This document shows positions 52,582-64,000 of a stretch of 64,000 nucleotides of DNA, piece by piece (the first letter of the stretch is position 1; the number at the start of each line of letters is the position of its first letter). The DNA is from Paramecium tetraurelia. Taxonomy: Eukaryota. The translations under genes and the position numbers were made by a program. The stretch spans positions 434,001 to 498,000 of the forward strand of contig CT868196.1 of assembly GCA_000165425.1 (NCBI GenBank), written 5' to 3'. The notes under the pieces are model-generated. The model was not told the origin of the DNA. It did no database searches and worked only from the letters and a program-made list of their open reading frames with translations.

Positions 52582-53760
52582 TCAAATTAGTTATATAAGT
52601 TATCTTGCTATTAGTTCATCCTTTTCAGCTTCATTGATAACGAAAGGCTTTCCATTATCATCAAGGAGTTGCAATCCCATCTCAGCATCACATAATTGCT
52701 CTCCAGAATATGTGCAAAGAAGAGTCTTCTATTGTTTTCCCAAGTAAAGTAATCCTATGGTTTGATACAATATTATTACTTCGTTTAATCGCTTAATGTA
52801 AAGGAGGTAAGTTTTCTTATTATTTCTTTATTGTACTTTCAATTTGAAGAACTTTTGAATTGTTCTCTTTAAAAAATCTATTGATATTCATCGATTAGGA
52901 GGATTTAAAAGGATCTTTAGGAGATTGAATGCTGCTTGATTTTGCATCTCGAGCGAGAAACTCAATGCTGTCATTAGAATCTAAAATTGAATTTTCATTA
53001 AAATTAGCGAAATCATCAATACTAATTTCAAAAAGATTTGGATTTGGTTATTTTTTTTGTTTTTTGGAAACACTCTAGGGTCTATTTTTGGTAAAATTTA
53101 ATCCAGCACTTGTTGAATTAGTGTAAAAACTATTTGATTTCGCATTTTTAGGAGACTATATTTATTGCACATGAGGAGATTTTAAACTTTTATTGTTTGA
53201 GGATATTTTATACAACTCCTATTATTATTTTTAGATAATTAATTATGACTCTGAAATCTCCTTTTTAAGTTCTCCATTATGTTTTTAGAGTTACTTTATT
53301 TTTTCATCCTTCTCTTAAACCTTTAAAGTGAATTACTCCTGAATTTATGAAAATTTAGAAAACAGAGAGTGATATTATTGTTAGAGTTGTTAGGAGATCT
53401 CTTTGCCAGATTACTAACTTTGAGAATGTTCTTTTACCATTTCTAACATTGCTTAGATCGAATTTTATGCCTATTGATTTACCTAAAGTAATGTATTATT
53501 AATAGTTGTTTTTATTTTATTGATTTCATCGCTTTTATCTGAATTAATTTTTGCAATTAGCTAGTGAGCTTACGATAATTAAGTTTGGTATTATTGTTAC
53601 AAGATGGCAACCGATTAAGCAACAATTTATTCAGCTCTATTCCTGTCAACTTTTTGGTCTAGTTTATCTTACAAAAACTAAAGTTCTTATTGAAAATGTT
53701 ATTCATCCTAATGTAATCTAATTGTAGTATTAGATAGTAGATTTTTTGATAAGCGTTCAT
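52582..53760 (-). CDS. Hypothetical protein
   Basis: Code-6 frame with introns; C-terminus LLCTYSGEQLCDAEMGLQLLDDNGKPFVINEAEKDELIARQLIQLI-TGA. The start codon is uncertain. Confidence 0.5.
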
Positions 53761-53798
53761 TTTATTATAATTTATTTTCCATATCTGTTTTCATTTCA

Positions 53799-54425
53799 TC
53801 AATTTAAGAATTGATATTACTTTATAAATTGAGTACCTTCCTATCAATTTCTTGCATAAAATATGTAGTGTAGTCATTGAGTTAAATATTCAAATCTATT
53901 CCTTTTAGTTGAAGTGAAATTTCCTCTTGAAACTTTTTGAATTCCACATCAAATTTTTCCTTTAACACATCATAATCGTGAACTTTTTCAGATAACTTAT
54001 TTTATAAATCAGATATCTATTCTTACTAATCAATAATGGCTTATTTTTTTTAATTAATTTCTTCGATATATTTCTAATGCTACTCCTATGGTAAAGGATT
54101 ATATTCAATGCTTGTTGCTTTTTTGTGCTGGATGAGATCACCATCAGCAGGTAAATTTTGAAATTGATTCACAAAAATATGTTCTAGATTAGGGATTCTC
54201 TTGATTGCAGTTGGACTTGAGGCTCTAAGGTAATAATATAAAATGCCTTGGTTGAGTGGAAATGTATGTATAGGTTGGTGGGTGAGTCTCATGATTGGAT
54301 GATAGACATCTAATAACTTATCGTGGATCTGTTGCATTCTTTGTAGAGTTTGGTCTTGGTAATCTTTGATCATAGACGATAATTTAGTTTGGGATTGTAC
54401 AAATAGGCGGCCTTGAGGGTTTCAT
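53799..54425 (-). CDS. Hypothetical protein
   Basis: MKPSRPPICTIPNQIIVYDQRLPRP... joins RASSPTAIKRIPNLEHIF via a candidate 22-nt GC..AG intron; ends QKQYQFLN-TGA. Confidence 0.55.
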
Positions 54426-54547
54426 TATTAACGAATTAAACAAAAATATAAAAAATAGTACGAAAAAATCAGAAATTATCAGTGCCTATTGTGTTGTTCA
54501 TTAAAGAATTATTATAGTGGAATAAAATTAATATATATAATTTAATA

Positions 54548-57500
54548 ATGAGAAAGGGATAAGGTAAAAAAAACATTCAAGTGGAGGAGAACGGAATCCG
54601 CTCGATTGTGAATTCTAATAGATAACACATCTAAGATGAAATATACTAGAAGTTGACTTTATGCATCAACCAAGGCTAAGATATTAGTCCAAATCAATTT
54701 GCAAGAAAATGGTTAAATCATAATTCAACAACTCGTACAAATAATATTTTGGCTGGACTCACTGATTTCGATTAGAATCATGGAGTGGATATGTCAAAAT
54801 CAAATCCCAACTATCATATAGCCAATGCTAAATTATTTACTTAGAATAAATGGAATTATAAGATCATGAGTAATAATATAGAATAAATCATTAGCCAAAT
54901 TCTCAGCAAACGCCTTGTCGAAGGATGGAGATACAATCCATTTGTTGGCTTATATGTTGACAATATTGCAGGGTTATTTCTCTTAAGCAGATTCAAGCAT
55001 GATTACAAAAGTCATACATTTAGAACATCTTGGACCTCTTTAAGCATTTTTCTATACAAAAACTGATAGAAACATAACATTGTTCTGGGAAGTCGGAATC
55101 GATAAAATTCCAAAGATAAGTCGTTTTTCTAAGAGTGTTTAATCGGAATTGTAAGGTTATGATTACATACATACCATCACATTCATCGATTGTAGATACG
55201 ATGTCAATATAGATAATAATGCAGGAAAAATAATAACTCCTTATTATTAGGATTAATAGCACGCCATCCATAGATAAGATTACTAATCTGTAATCACATC
55301 TACTAACCATTATCAATTAAAGAAAGGCCAGCATTCAGATCTTTTATTCGTAATTGAAGCAAATGACTTAGGAAGTATGCATGGGGAATTGTAATATAGA
55401 AACAGATAAAGTGAAATTGTTAAATGGTTACCTCATACATTTCCTACAGTCTATTTAACTAAATAAGAATAAAAGTCCTTTGTTTATGATGATTCGCTTT
55501 AAAGATGGGTTAGCAAGGATTACGAAGCAATTCAATAGGCTAGGCAAATGAGAGAATATTAAGCTAAGATTAATAAAGATTTGTTGAGAAGATATGCTGA
55601 CTTTTCATCAGCTGCAAGGCTTGTTGATTTGTTGTAAAGAGTCCCGAATTTTAAAATAAAGTTAACAGAGGAGGAATAAAAGGTGGTGGGATCTGATGGA
55701 AATGTAATGGTTATTGGTAGAAGCGGTACAGGAAAGACAACATGTTCAATTTTGAGATTATTTGCAATGGAGACCTTATTTAAATTAAGATTAGAATTAT
55801 ATAAATAGAAGCATGAGAATGTTCTTTAGAATTATAAATACGATGACTAGGAAGTCAACAATAATGTAGGATTGCATTGTGTATTTGCAACTGCTAGTCC
55901 TGTTTTGACAACAGAAGTGAAGAGATATTATGGGAAATTGACAGCTTAGATCAAGGCTGAATTAGAAAAGAAGAAATAGAAGGACAGATTAAAACGCTAA
56001 CAAGAAGAATAAGAGGCTTAGAAGCAATAAATTGACAATTAATTCAATTAAAGTACTGTTTAATTTGTGGATGCTAAATAAGTTGAAGAAAATTATTTTG
56101 AATAACAAATTGGAGGGATCCAATTATAAAAAGAGTAGGGAGCATTTTAGGAAGACTTAAATGAAGAGGATTGGGATTAGGAAGAGGAGAAATTAAAATA
56201 AGAATTAAATGCGTTTCATTCATTTGCTGATATGAAAGATTCTGATTTTCCAGCTTTCTTAACAATCAAAAAGTTAGTCTTATTAATTGATGGGTCAATA
56301 GCTAAACCCTTCTTCTCTCGTACCTAAGATAATAAAGTTGTTAGTTCTGACACTCATGCTTAATGGAGCACTGAAAAAACAGGAGTCATATTTATAAACA
56401 CTTACAAATAAGATTAGGATTAGGAAGTTGAATATGATGAGGAAGATTATGAGGCTTTATTTGAAGATGATGAACTCAATGTTGATAATATGGATGAACA
56501 ATAACTTGAAGAAGAATATTAGAGACAACTCTATTTGATGAACAAACCTTAATTGTAAGCGAATGTCGAAAGCAGTAAGTCCAAACTCTCTTAAGAAGTG
56601 GATTTCGACTTCTTCATTGATAAATTCTGGTATAGCAAATACAACAAATACTAAAACGGTAATTTAAACCCATCGTTTGTCTGGACTCAAATTTACTCTC
56701 ATATCAAAGGGGCTGCTGCTTGTCATACCTATCCTGGACATTATATGCCCAAGAGAGTATATTTGAGATTAAATAAAAACGATGAACTTTTCGAAGACAT
56801 CTTTGAATGTTACATTCTTTATGAGAGATGGAAGATTCAACAAGGCTATTATGATTTTATGGATGTTGTTAATCATATTCTTGTTTAATTGGTCTACGGA
56901 AGGTGTAATCTTATACCCATTCATTATCTGATGATTGATGAATGCTAAGATCTACCCCATGCAGTCTTGCTCTTGTTGTGTAAAATAACTGAATAAGGTT
57001 TGTTCTTTAGTGGAGATACAGCTTAAAACATTGCAAAGGGAGTTGGATTCAGATTCTAAGATCTCAAATCCCTTTTTAAAAAACCTGAAATCTCATACAA
57101 TGCTAAATAAAATGATTTGACAATTCATTAACTCACCATCAATTTTAGATCCCACAACAATATCCTATAATTAGCCAACTGTCTAGTTTCCTTATTGGAG
57201 ATCTTCTTCCCAAATACAATTGATAAATTGAAGAAGGAGAGATCAAACATATCAGGGCCAAAGCCAATCATAGTTAATGGAGACAAAGAGGAATTGTTCT
57301 ACTTACTATCAGGAGAAACTGCAGATCAAAAGCAACAAGTGGGAGAGAGATTGCCTATTGAATTCGGTTGCAATTAGGTGGTTTTAGTAAAGGATCAAGA
57401 ATCAAAGAAGAATATCCCAACCATCTTGTAGCACGCCTTGGTACTCACCATTTACGAGGCGAAAGGTTTAGAATTCGATGACGTCATCCTATATAATTTC

Positions 57501-60500
57501 TTCTAAGATCATTTCATTGGAGATTCTCAATGGAAATTACTATAGACTTGCGAGATTATCGATGAGGAAATGTCTAAAGAGAAATTCAAGGATGGTTGCA
57601 CCTAACATAAGACTTTGGATGATGAAGCTACCATTTTCACAGGATTCGAGTAAAAGAATGGAAATGTCGTAGTGAAAAGAATCGTAACTTAACAAAAATT
57701 TTATGATGAATTAACTTACAATTACAGTGCTTTGTGTAATGAGATTAAATAGTTATATGTCGCTGTCACAAGGCCTAGACAAAGATTAATCATCTATGAT
57801 GAAAATTAATAGGCTAGATAACAGATCTAAAACATATGGTAGAAACTCAATTTGGTTGATCACTTTGTTGGAACAAATTTGGAGGATAGAAATGTTGAAA
57901 GATTTGCAAAATAAACCTCAAAGGAGGAATGGAAAAAGTAAGGTTTGAAGATGTTTAGGAATAAGTATTATGAATAGGCTGAAAAATGTTTTGAATAATC
58001 GTAGGACGAATAATTGCAAACCAAAGCCAGAGCATTCAAAATTGCAACTGAGGGTAATGCACTTACATAAAAATATTCCCAATATTCATCAAGCACAATG
58101 AAGAAGAAAGATAGAAAATAAATCTTGTCATAAATAAAAATAGAATAGAAAGAAAAGTTTACTGAGTCAGCTCAATTATTCTTAAAGCTACAGAATTATA
58201 AGCAAGCTGCTTAATGCTACTATTCAGGTGAAATGTATGAGGAAGCTTTGGCCATCTATGTTGAATAGTCAATGTTTAATGAGGCTGGAGAAGCTGCTTA
58301 TAAATGCGAAAAGTATGCTGAATCAGCTGAGTATTTCTTGAAATCCTTAGATTTTATTAGAGCAGTAGATGCTTTCGAAAAAGCTGAATCATATGATGAC
58401 ATATTTAGAGTACTTCATTAATTGAGAGATCATATCCCAGTTGAAACTAGGTCAGCCTTCCTTAAGAAATATCTTCCTATTGTTTTAAACAAGATGACAA
58501 GTTAGATTGGGTAACTTGAATAAGTCTAGGAAGCAAAGACTAAAGAAAAAAAACCACTCGTTATAGAGGAAAGTTCCGATGAGGAGGAGGATGATGAAGA
58601 AGAGGAAGTAGTCAAACCTAAATAAGAATAGATTTAGAATGAAGTAGGAAAAGAATAAAAGTAGGAAGATGAGTAGGTATAAACACTTGAAGAACAATCA
58701 TAAATACTTTAATAGAGTGAAGAATAATAATAAGAGAAAATTATTGAGTTAAGTAGTTAATTGATTAAATCACTTCCAGATCAATCATAACCATCAATTT
58801 TAGTCAAGTAGGAAAGTATGAATAATAATTCTGAAGACTCTTAGTCATTTTCAGTATAGAATACAGAAAGCTTTTAAGTTGAATAAAGTAGAGCTTAGGA
58901 TAGTAAAATAATAAGTGTTGCAGGATCAGAATCATTTTAAGTCGAAAATACAGTTAATGAGGAAGAGGAACAAAATTTTGAACATTTATCACACTTTGAT
59001 CCAGAAGATCAATGGTTGAAAAATGACAACAAATCTATTATTGAATCTATTGCATCCAAGAAAAGTGAACAATCAGATTTCTCTGCTTTTTCTTATGCTT
59101 AAATTTATAGTAATCCTAACGTTTAATTCGTAAAAACCAAAACTGATATCTTTATCCAGGATAAAATAATGTAGCAAATTATTAAGTACATCTCCATGTT
59201 TTCAGATGAATTCAAATATCAATTATATAATTAAAGAAGCAAGTCTGCTTAACTAAGTAATAAATAGATAGATTAACATGAATTTGATTACATGGTTGAT
59301 TTCATCTTGGATTTAGATTTGGTTGACATCTCATTCATATATTTGGTTTTAGATATTTTAGAACAATTCTAAAATTACAAATTATGCATTTTTGTATGCA
59401 ATAGATACAAATTAGCTGATCAATTGGGAAGATATTTAGTTTCAATTGCAGCTACTTACTCTCCTATTGCATCTCATTCAGCTAGTTTGAATGTTTAATA
59501 CTTAATTAATGGAAAGTAGAGGTAAGCCCAAATTGATAAGGGGTTAGTGGCAGCTTTTGCAGTTCACAATGTATTTGAAAACATCAATCCTGAATTTATT
59601 ACTTTGAAATTCGGTGATACAAAGTTGACATCTTAAAATTCATTGGGTTTAGAGTGCTATTCTTAAATGCTTTTATTAGGATTTTGGAAGAAAACAGCTT
59701 ACTAAATGGATGTCTCAAATTCCTTATTGGTTTGTAAATTGTTTATGGATTTCAAAAATTGGAGATTTATCTACTATAGCAACTTATGTCATTAGGTCAC
59801 TAATAAGTATATAGAAAACGAACAAAAGGATAGAGATCTAGCATAAGTATAACAAACAACACTTTTGTTGATATAAAAGAAACTTGATATTTGTTTCTCA
59901 ACTATGGTTAGAGGAGTTGATATGTTAATATTTTCTTATCCAAGAGACTAGTAAGAGATGGAGTTTGCCATTATTACATTGGAGTAATATTATAGTGAAA
60001 TAATTACACAACTTGTTCTAAATAAAAAAGCTCCATTAACTTTATTCTATAGAGCCAATACTTTAGACACTCAAAAAACAATTAAGGTTGAATTGAATCC
60101 AAAGTAAAATCTACCCAAATTGTATTCATTGAGTGAAGAAGTGCTCAATTGTTTTATAACTAAAACAGAAGTACCTGAAGATGTTTTGAATAAATTGTGT
60201 GATGTTGTACTTGATTACAAGAATCCCCATGATGATTTGGAGATTTATCAATCAGTTTTTCTACTAATATTTTATATCTAATATGTTGTACATAATTCAG
60301 GATTAGTTAAGACTCAATCTTGGATAACATTATTGGATGTGAAGACATATGCTAAACTAGTAAGATGTGTTAGATTTATCAATAAAGTGTTGAATACCAA
60401 TGAGGACTGCCTATAAAAGTTATAAAAGATTGTTAGTAGAAGTGTATTATTTTACTTCAAAATCAGATAACCAGACAACGTTGCTTTACTTAAACCATAC

Positions 60501-62504
60501 CTTAATTCATTAATAATTCATAGATCATCTGTAATCATATAGAGTTTAATTGAAAATAGACATAATTTGCAATTGAGGGGAAATAAGATTGTGTTAGACG
60601 ATTACTACTTTGTAGATATTGATTTTGAATTCATTAGTGCTCCAAGAGCCTCTATAATGTTTTTGATTACTAAAAAATTAAGCAATGAATTGAATTCAGT
60701 AGGTAATTTAAGGAGAGCTACATTTGATGAATATCATTTTGATCAATTGTATCCACACGAATATGAAGATCATTTTGAAAACTTGAGTGTCTACCTTTAT
60801 AGCAAATAAAAGCATACTTATTAACTCACTCAAAACTAATAAGTAAGGGAGACCACTAATTTATCAACTGTGGATGATTGGATTAAGAAGGAATAACACG
60901 AAGTTCATTAAAAAATCTCAGAAAACTTTAAAATGAAACATGGATTCAAAGTTGAATAAATGGATGATCAAGTTGATGTTAAGTTCTTGTTTGAAAACAA
61001 CAAAGGTGCATTAACTCAACAAATTTACTTTTTGAAGAATCCTTATCTGAAGTGTTTATCATTCGAATCAAGGCAATATATCACTAGATGTGCTTTGAAA
61101 AAGATTAATAAATAAACCACAGATTCATAGAAATTCCATTGTTAAATGGTTAAATTCATTCATTTGATGAATTATGCTGACAATAATCACATCACCTATC
61201 AATACATCAACAATAAAATTGAATAAGGATAATGCAACAAATATGAGCCTTATCTACAATATTTAGAATGCTTAATATGTAAAAAGTTTAATGTGATATC
61301 CGATGCCACAGATATTTACTTTTCTTATCAAGAAACAAGATAGGATTTAATTACTCCAGACGAATAATATTGCCAATTAACTTATTTATTACTAAACAAT
61401 ATGGTTGGGTATTTACTAAGTCTCAAGAAGGACTGTTAAATTAAGATTCCAAATAGATACTTTATTTACTTCGACAAGATTACTTAACCTAATGAATAAT
61501 AATACTTATATGAAACAAACTTCCACCCTGTATCAAATTAGGATGCCATTGCTCGAATAATTGAATAATTGGCAGAATTATAAAAAAATATACCTTAAAT
61601 ATACTCTTTCAAGGTAATGTTACTAATCTACACATTAGTACTTAACTTGAATGATGTGAAGATAGCTGTATTGAATTAGATCAATTACATCATCAATGAT
61701 CTTGCTGCTTAAGATGAAGTGGATTAATACACCTAAATTATGAAAGTAGTCAATCTACCTCAAAAATAAAGATTTGATGCTCTCACCAATAGTTCTAATG
61801 CTATCAAATTATTCTTTGCATAAGATGTTAGATTGTACTCCTTAAATGTTGTCAATAAATTAACAGATTAAACTATTGAAGCAGCATATTAAGGATGTTT
61901 AGATGAATGGACTAATTTACAATAGAGAAGTGAGAAATTAGAGAAGAATACAAGGAGAATCATTGCTGCATTCAAGCAACAGAGAAAAGGAGAAAGATTC
62001 TTTAAGCCTTATCAATTTGGATTTGGTGAATATCAATTGCCAAGGAAACTTAAGACATCCAAATATGTTGATATCATTAACGAATTTGTTAGGGTCAGGA
62101 AGATCTTATTGTCTACATTCTACTCTATGTTGTTGACTAATTCAATTGATTTCCACTTTATTTCTTAAAAACTGAAACATCTTGAGTAAAAGGAGGATTA
62201 ATTCAATTGCTTGTGGACCAAATACCATAAAAAATAGATGATTAAGTCAGATTTCATTAAAAATTATGATGAATAGTATCACAATGTTACAGTTATTATT
62301 GACACCTTGTTGGAATGGCAGAGAAGTAATGTGACATTTGAACAAAATGCAAATAAATTGCTTGAAAGAAATAGAAAATTGCTAGCCTTGAAATGGATGA
62401 ATAATAAAGCAGGTTTAACACTTCAAAAGATTCAAAAGAGGAAGAAGGGTTTGAAGAGATAGAAATTATAAGAATAGAAGAAATTATTAATGAAATTATT
62501 CTGA
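54548..62504 (+). CDS. TRANK1/LBA1-like UvrD (SF1) helicase with TPR region, ~2643 aa
   Basis: Walker A VIGRSGTGKTT, CVFATASPVL, Walker B YLMIDECQDL, FSGDTAQNIAKGVGFRF, LTINFRSH, IEFGCNQVVLV, LTIYEAKGLEFDDVILYNFF, LCNEIKQLYVAVTRPRQRL; TPR-like EWKKQGLKMFRNKYYEQAEKCF. One 25-nt intron (54870-54894) gives 2644 codons. Confidence 0.9.
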
Positions 62505-62566
62505 TTAATAATAATTTATATACCATAATTACATAGAAATAACAAACATATGATAATTAAATTATT

Positions 62567-63699
62567 TCATTGTCTTCTAGATTGGTCAAATTGAGGATTC
62601 TTTCTTTAATTCATTATACTAAAGAACCCTTTGTTCATAGTTTATTTGATATTAATTTCCCTGGCTTTCACTTCATCTAAATATTTGATTTGAGGATCGA
62701 AATTGCCAAACTTCCTCAGTTCTGCTCTAACATCCTTTATTTGAGGTTTGGAGAGGTCTGTTGTTAATAAAATATCTGTTACGTTCCAAGAGTAAAAGAA
62801 CATCCTTTAAGACTTCATCATTTTGTTTCCCATCAAATGGCTTGATGAAAATACCATTGTCTTGGTATTAATACATCCTCTCTGGATCAGAATCAAGTAC
62901 TATAACTCTGTTCAGAGGACGATTGATGTACTTCAAATCTCTTATATATCTTCCTTTCTCAAACACCATTGATTCTCTACCAAAGGCACCTGCAAATATC
63001 TATCTTGTGGGATCCAATTTTTGAGTAATTTGTTATGTAAACTGCATATTAATAATACCATTACCATGGTTTCATCATCACTCAAAATTACAACCTCGTA
63101 CATTTTAGGCAATTTTTCAAGAAACCTCTACAAACCATTTCTTCTTTTGATTTCTCCTCTAATTGCTCAATTTCAATAAATACCCAACACCAAACACATA
63201 GTCCATATGCAATAAAGTACCTGAGATATTAAGTACCAAGGTCTTTGGTATTTCGTATCCAAATGGCAATTCAGGGATGTCAGGCAATAATTTATCAATT
63301 GCTGGCTTAGTCATAAACTAATGATATACTCAACTATTACATCATAAAATGCTTAATATTGATCTTAGCAATATTTGGCAGCGTCATTTATCTACTTTTA
63401 ATAGCCTACTCATAAATCGGTACTTTACCCAATTCTTATGTTGGATCGGTTTTATAATTATTTAGATACAAATTATAGCCAAACAAAGCGGATGTTGTCC
63501 ACCAAAATATCCTTGAAAACAATCTGAAGTATGAAAATGCTTTCTCTTTATTCTCCAATGTTGGATTAGCCTCTTCTGCTTCGATAGTTCTCTCATCCCA
63601 ATCGTCCTACTACTCTCTTTGTTTTTGTTGTTATTAACTAAACTCATATCTGGGAAAACGTAATAGAGTTAATGCTCTAATTGAATATTTGCTTAGCAT
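62567..63699 (-). CDS. TIM50: Mitochondrial import inner membrane translocase subunit Tim50 (NIF/FCP1-like domain)
   Basis: Presequence-like MLSKYSIRALTLLRFPRYEFS; TM RIFWWTTSALFGYNLYL; PKTLVLNISGTLLH, KRRNGLQRFLEKL, YEVVI, YIRDLKYINRPLNRVIVLD, NGIFIKPFDG. Lacks the DxDxT catalytic motif. Confidence 0.88.
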
Positions 63700-63799
63700 C
63701 CGTAAATAAAATATAAATTTTCAAATAAATATATGTTCAATTTTATCCACTTATTTGATACCCTCATAATGTTTTAGTTACTATAATGTAAACAATCAA

Positions 63800-64000
63800 C
63801 ATTAAAATCAAATGTTAATTTAATAATTGCCATATCACTCCATTTTTGGGTGACCATTTATATTAACTATAATCTTCGACTTCTCCTTGACGAAACTCTA
63901 TTAAGAATCGCTCTCAAATTCAAGTACATTTACCCACTCGTTTCATTACTGATTTATAGTATACTTAACAAAGAACGAATGGAAGTCATTTTTATTATCC
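63800..64000 (-). CDS. Probable 3' end of a gene running off the window edge
   Basis: Slightly GC-richer, coding-like minus-strand sequence; frame and stop not resolved. Confidence 0.25.

Noticed and set aside
3958..63647. Most short ORFs in the supplied six-frame track, including hydrophobic antisense ORFs (e.g. 14814-15020, 41957-42205, 58485-58697)
   Set aside because: They were computed with the standard code. They are either fragments of larger table-6 genes or shadows of K/E/Q-rich coding sequence on the opposite strand.
22455..63699. Apparent cluster of membrane-contact/organelle genes (EMC8, VAP, porin, VPS13, p24, Tim50) as an operon-like system
   Set aside because: They are spread over 40 kb on both strands among unrelated genes, and these are common categories in a gene-dense eukaryote. 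I found no convincing FFAT motif in the VPS13 (only weak SEYTDY and QFFCDDEE).
1..64000. Telomeric repeats, retained IESs, transposons, tRNA/rRNA genes or CRISPR arrays
   Set aside because: No C4A2/C3A3 tracts, transposase motifs, cloverleaf-like GC-rich segments or spaced direct repeats were seen. The frame interruptions I traced are explained by micro-introns rather than TA-bounded insertions.

Overview
This is AT-rich, extremely gene-dense eukaryotic DNA that reads as ciliate macronuclear genome, most likely Paramecium. Long reading frames open only when TAA/TAG are read as Gln and TGA is the sole stop (translation table 6). Genes are interrupted by tiny 22-28 nt GT..AG introns, and many intergenic spacers are under 100 bp. 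The supplied standard-code ORF track is therefore mostly fragments or wrong-frame noise. By hand translation I find about 33 protein-coding genes. These include a ~2475-aa Cys-rich GPI-type surface protein, a jacalin-like lectin, an EF-hand protein, AATF/Bfr2, two cyclic-nucleotide-binding proteins, an SLC38A9-like transporter, an AGC kinase, a C2H2 finger, EMC8/9, a FAM166-like ciliary protein and a LysM-TLDc (OXR1-like) protein. Further along are a VAP-like MSP protein head-to-head with a divergent porin, a PAM2/Pro-Met-rich protein, a SIN1-like protein, eIF2-gamma, an apparently intronless ~3648-aa VPS13, a GH25 lysozyme, a p24 protein, a ~2643-aa TRANK1-like SF1 helicase with a candidate RelE-like N-terminal domain, and Tim50. 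I saw no tRNA/rRNA genes, telomeric repeats, transposons or CRISPR arrays. The best candidate for something under-described is the toxin-like-domain/helicase/TPR protein. All calls come from manual translation and remembered family motifs, with no database searches. Some exon boundaries were not checked base by base.
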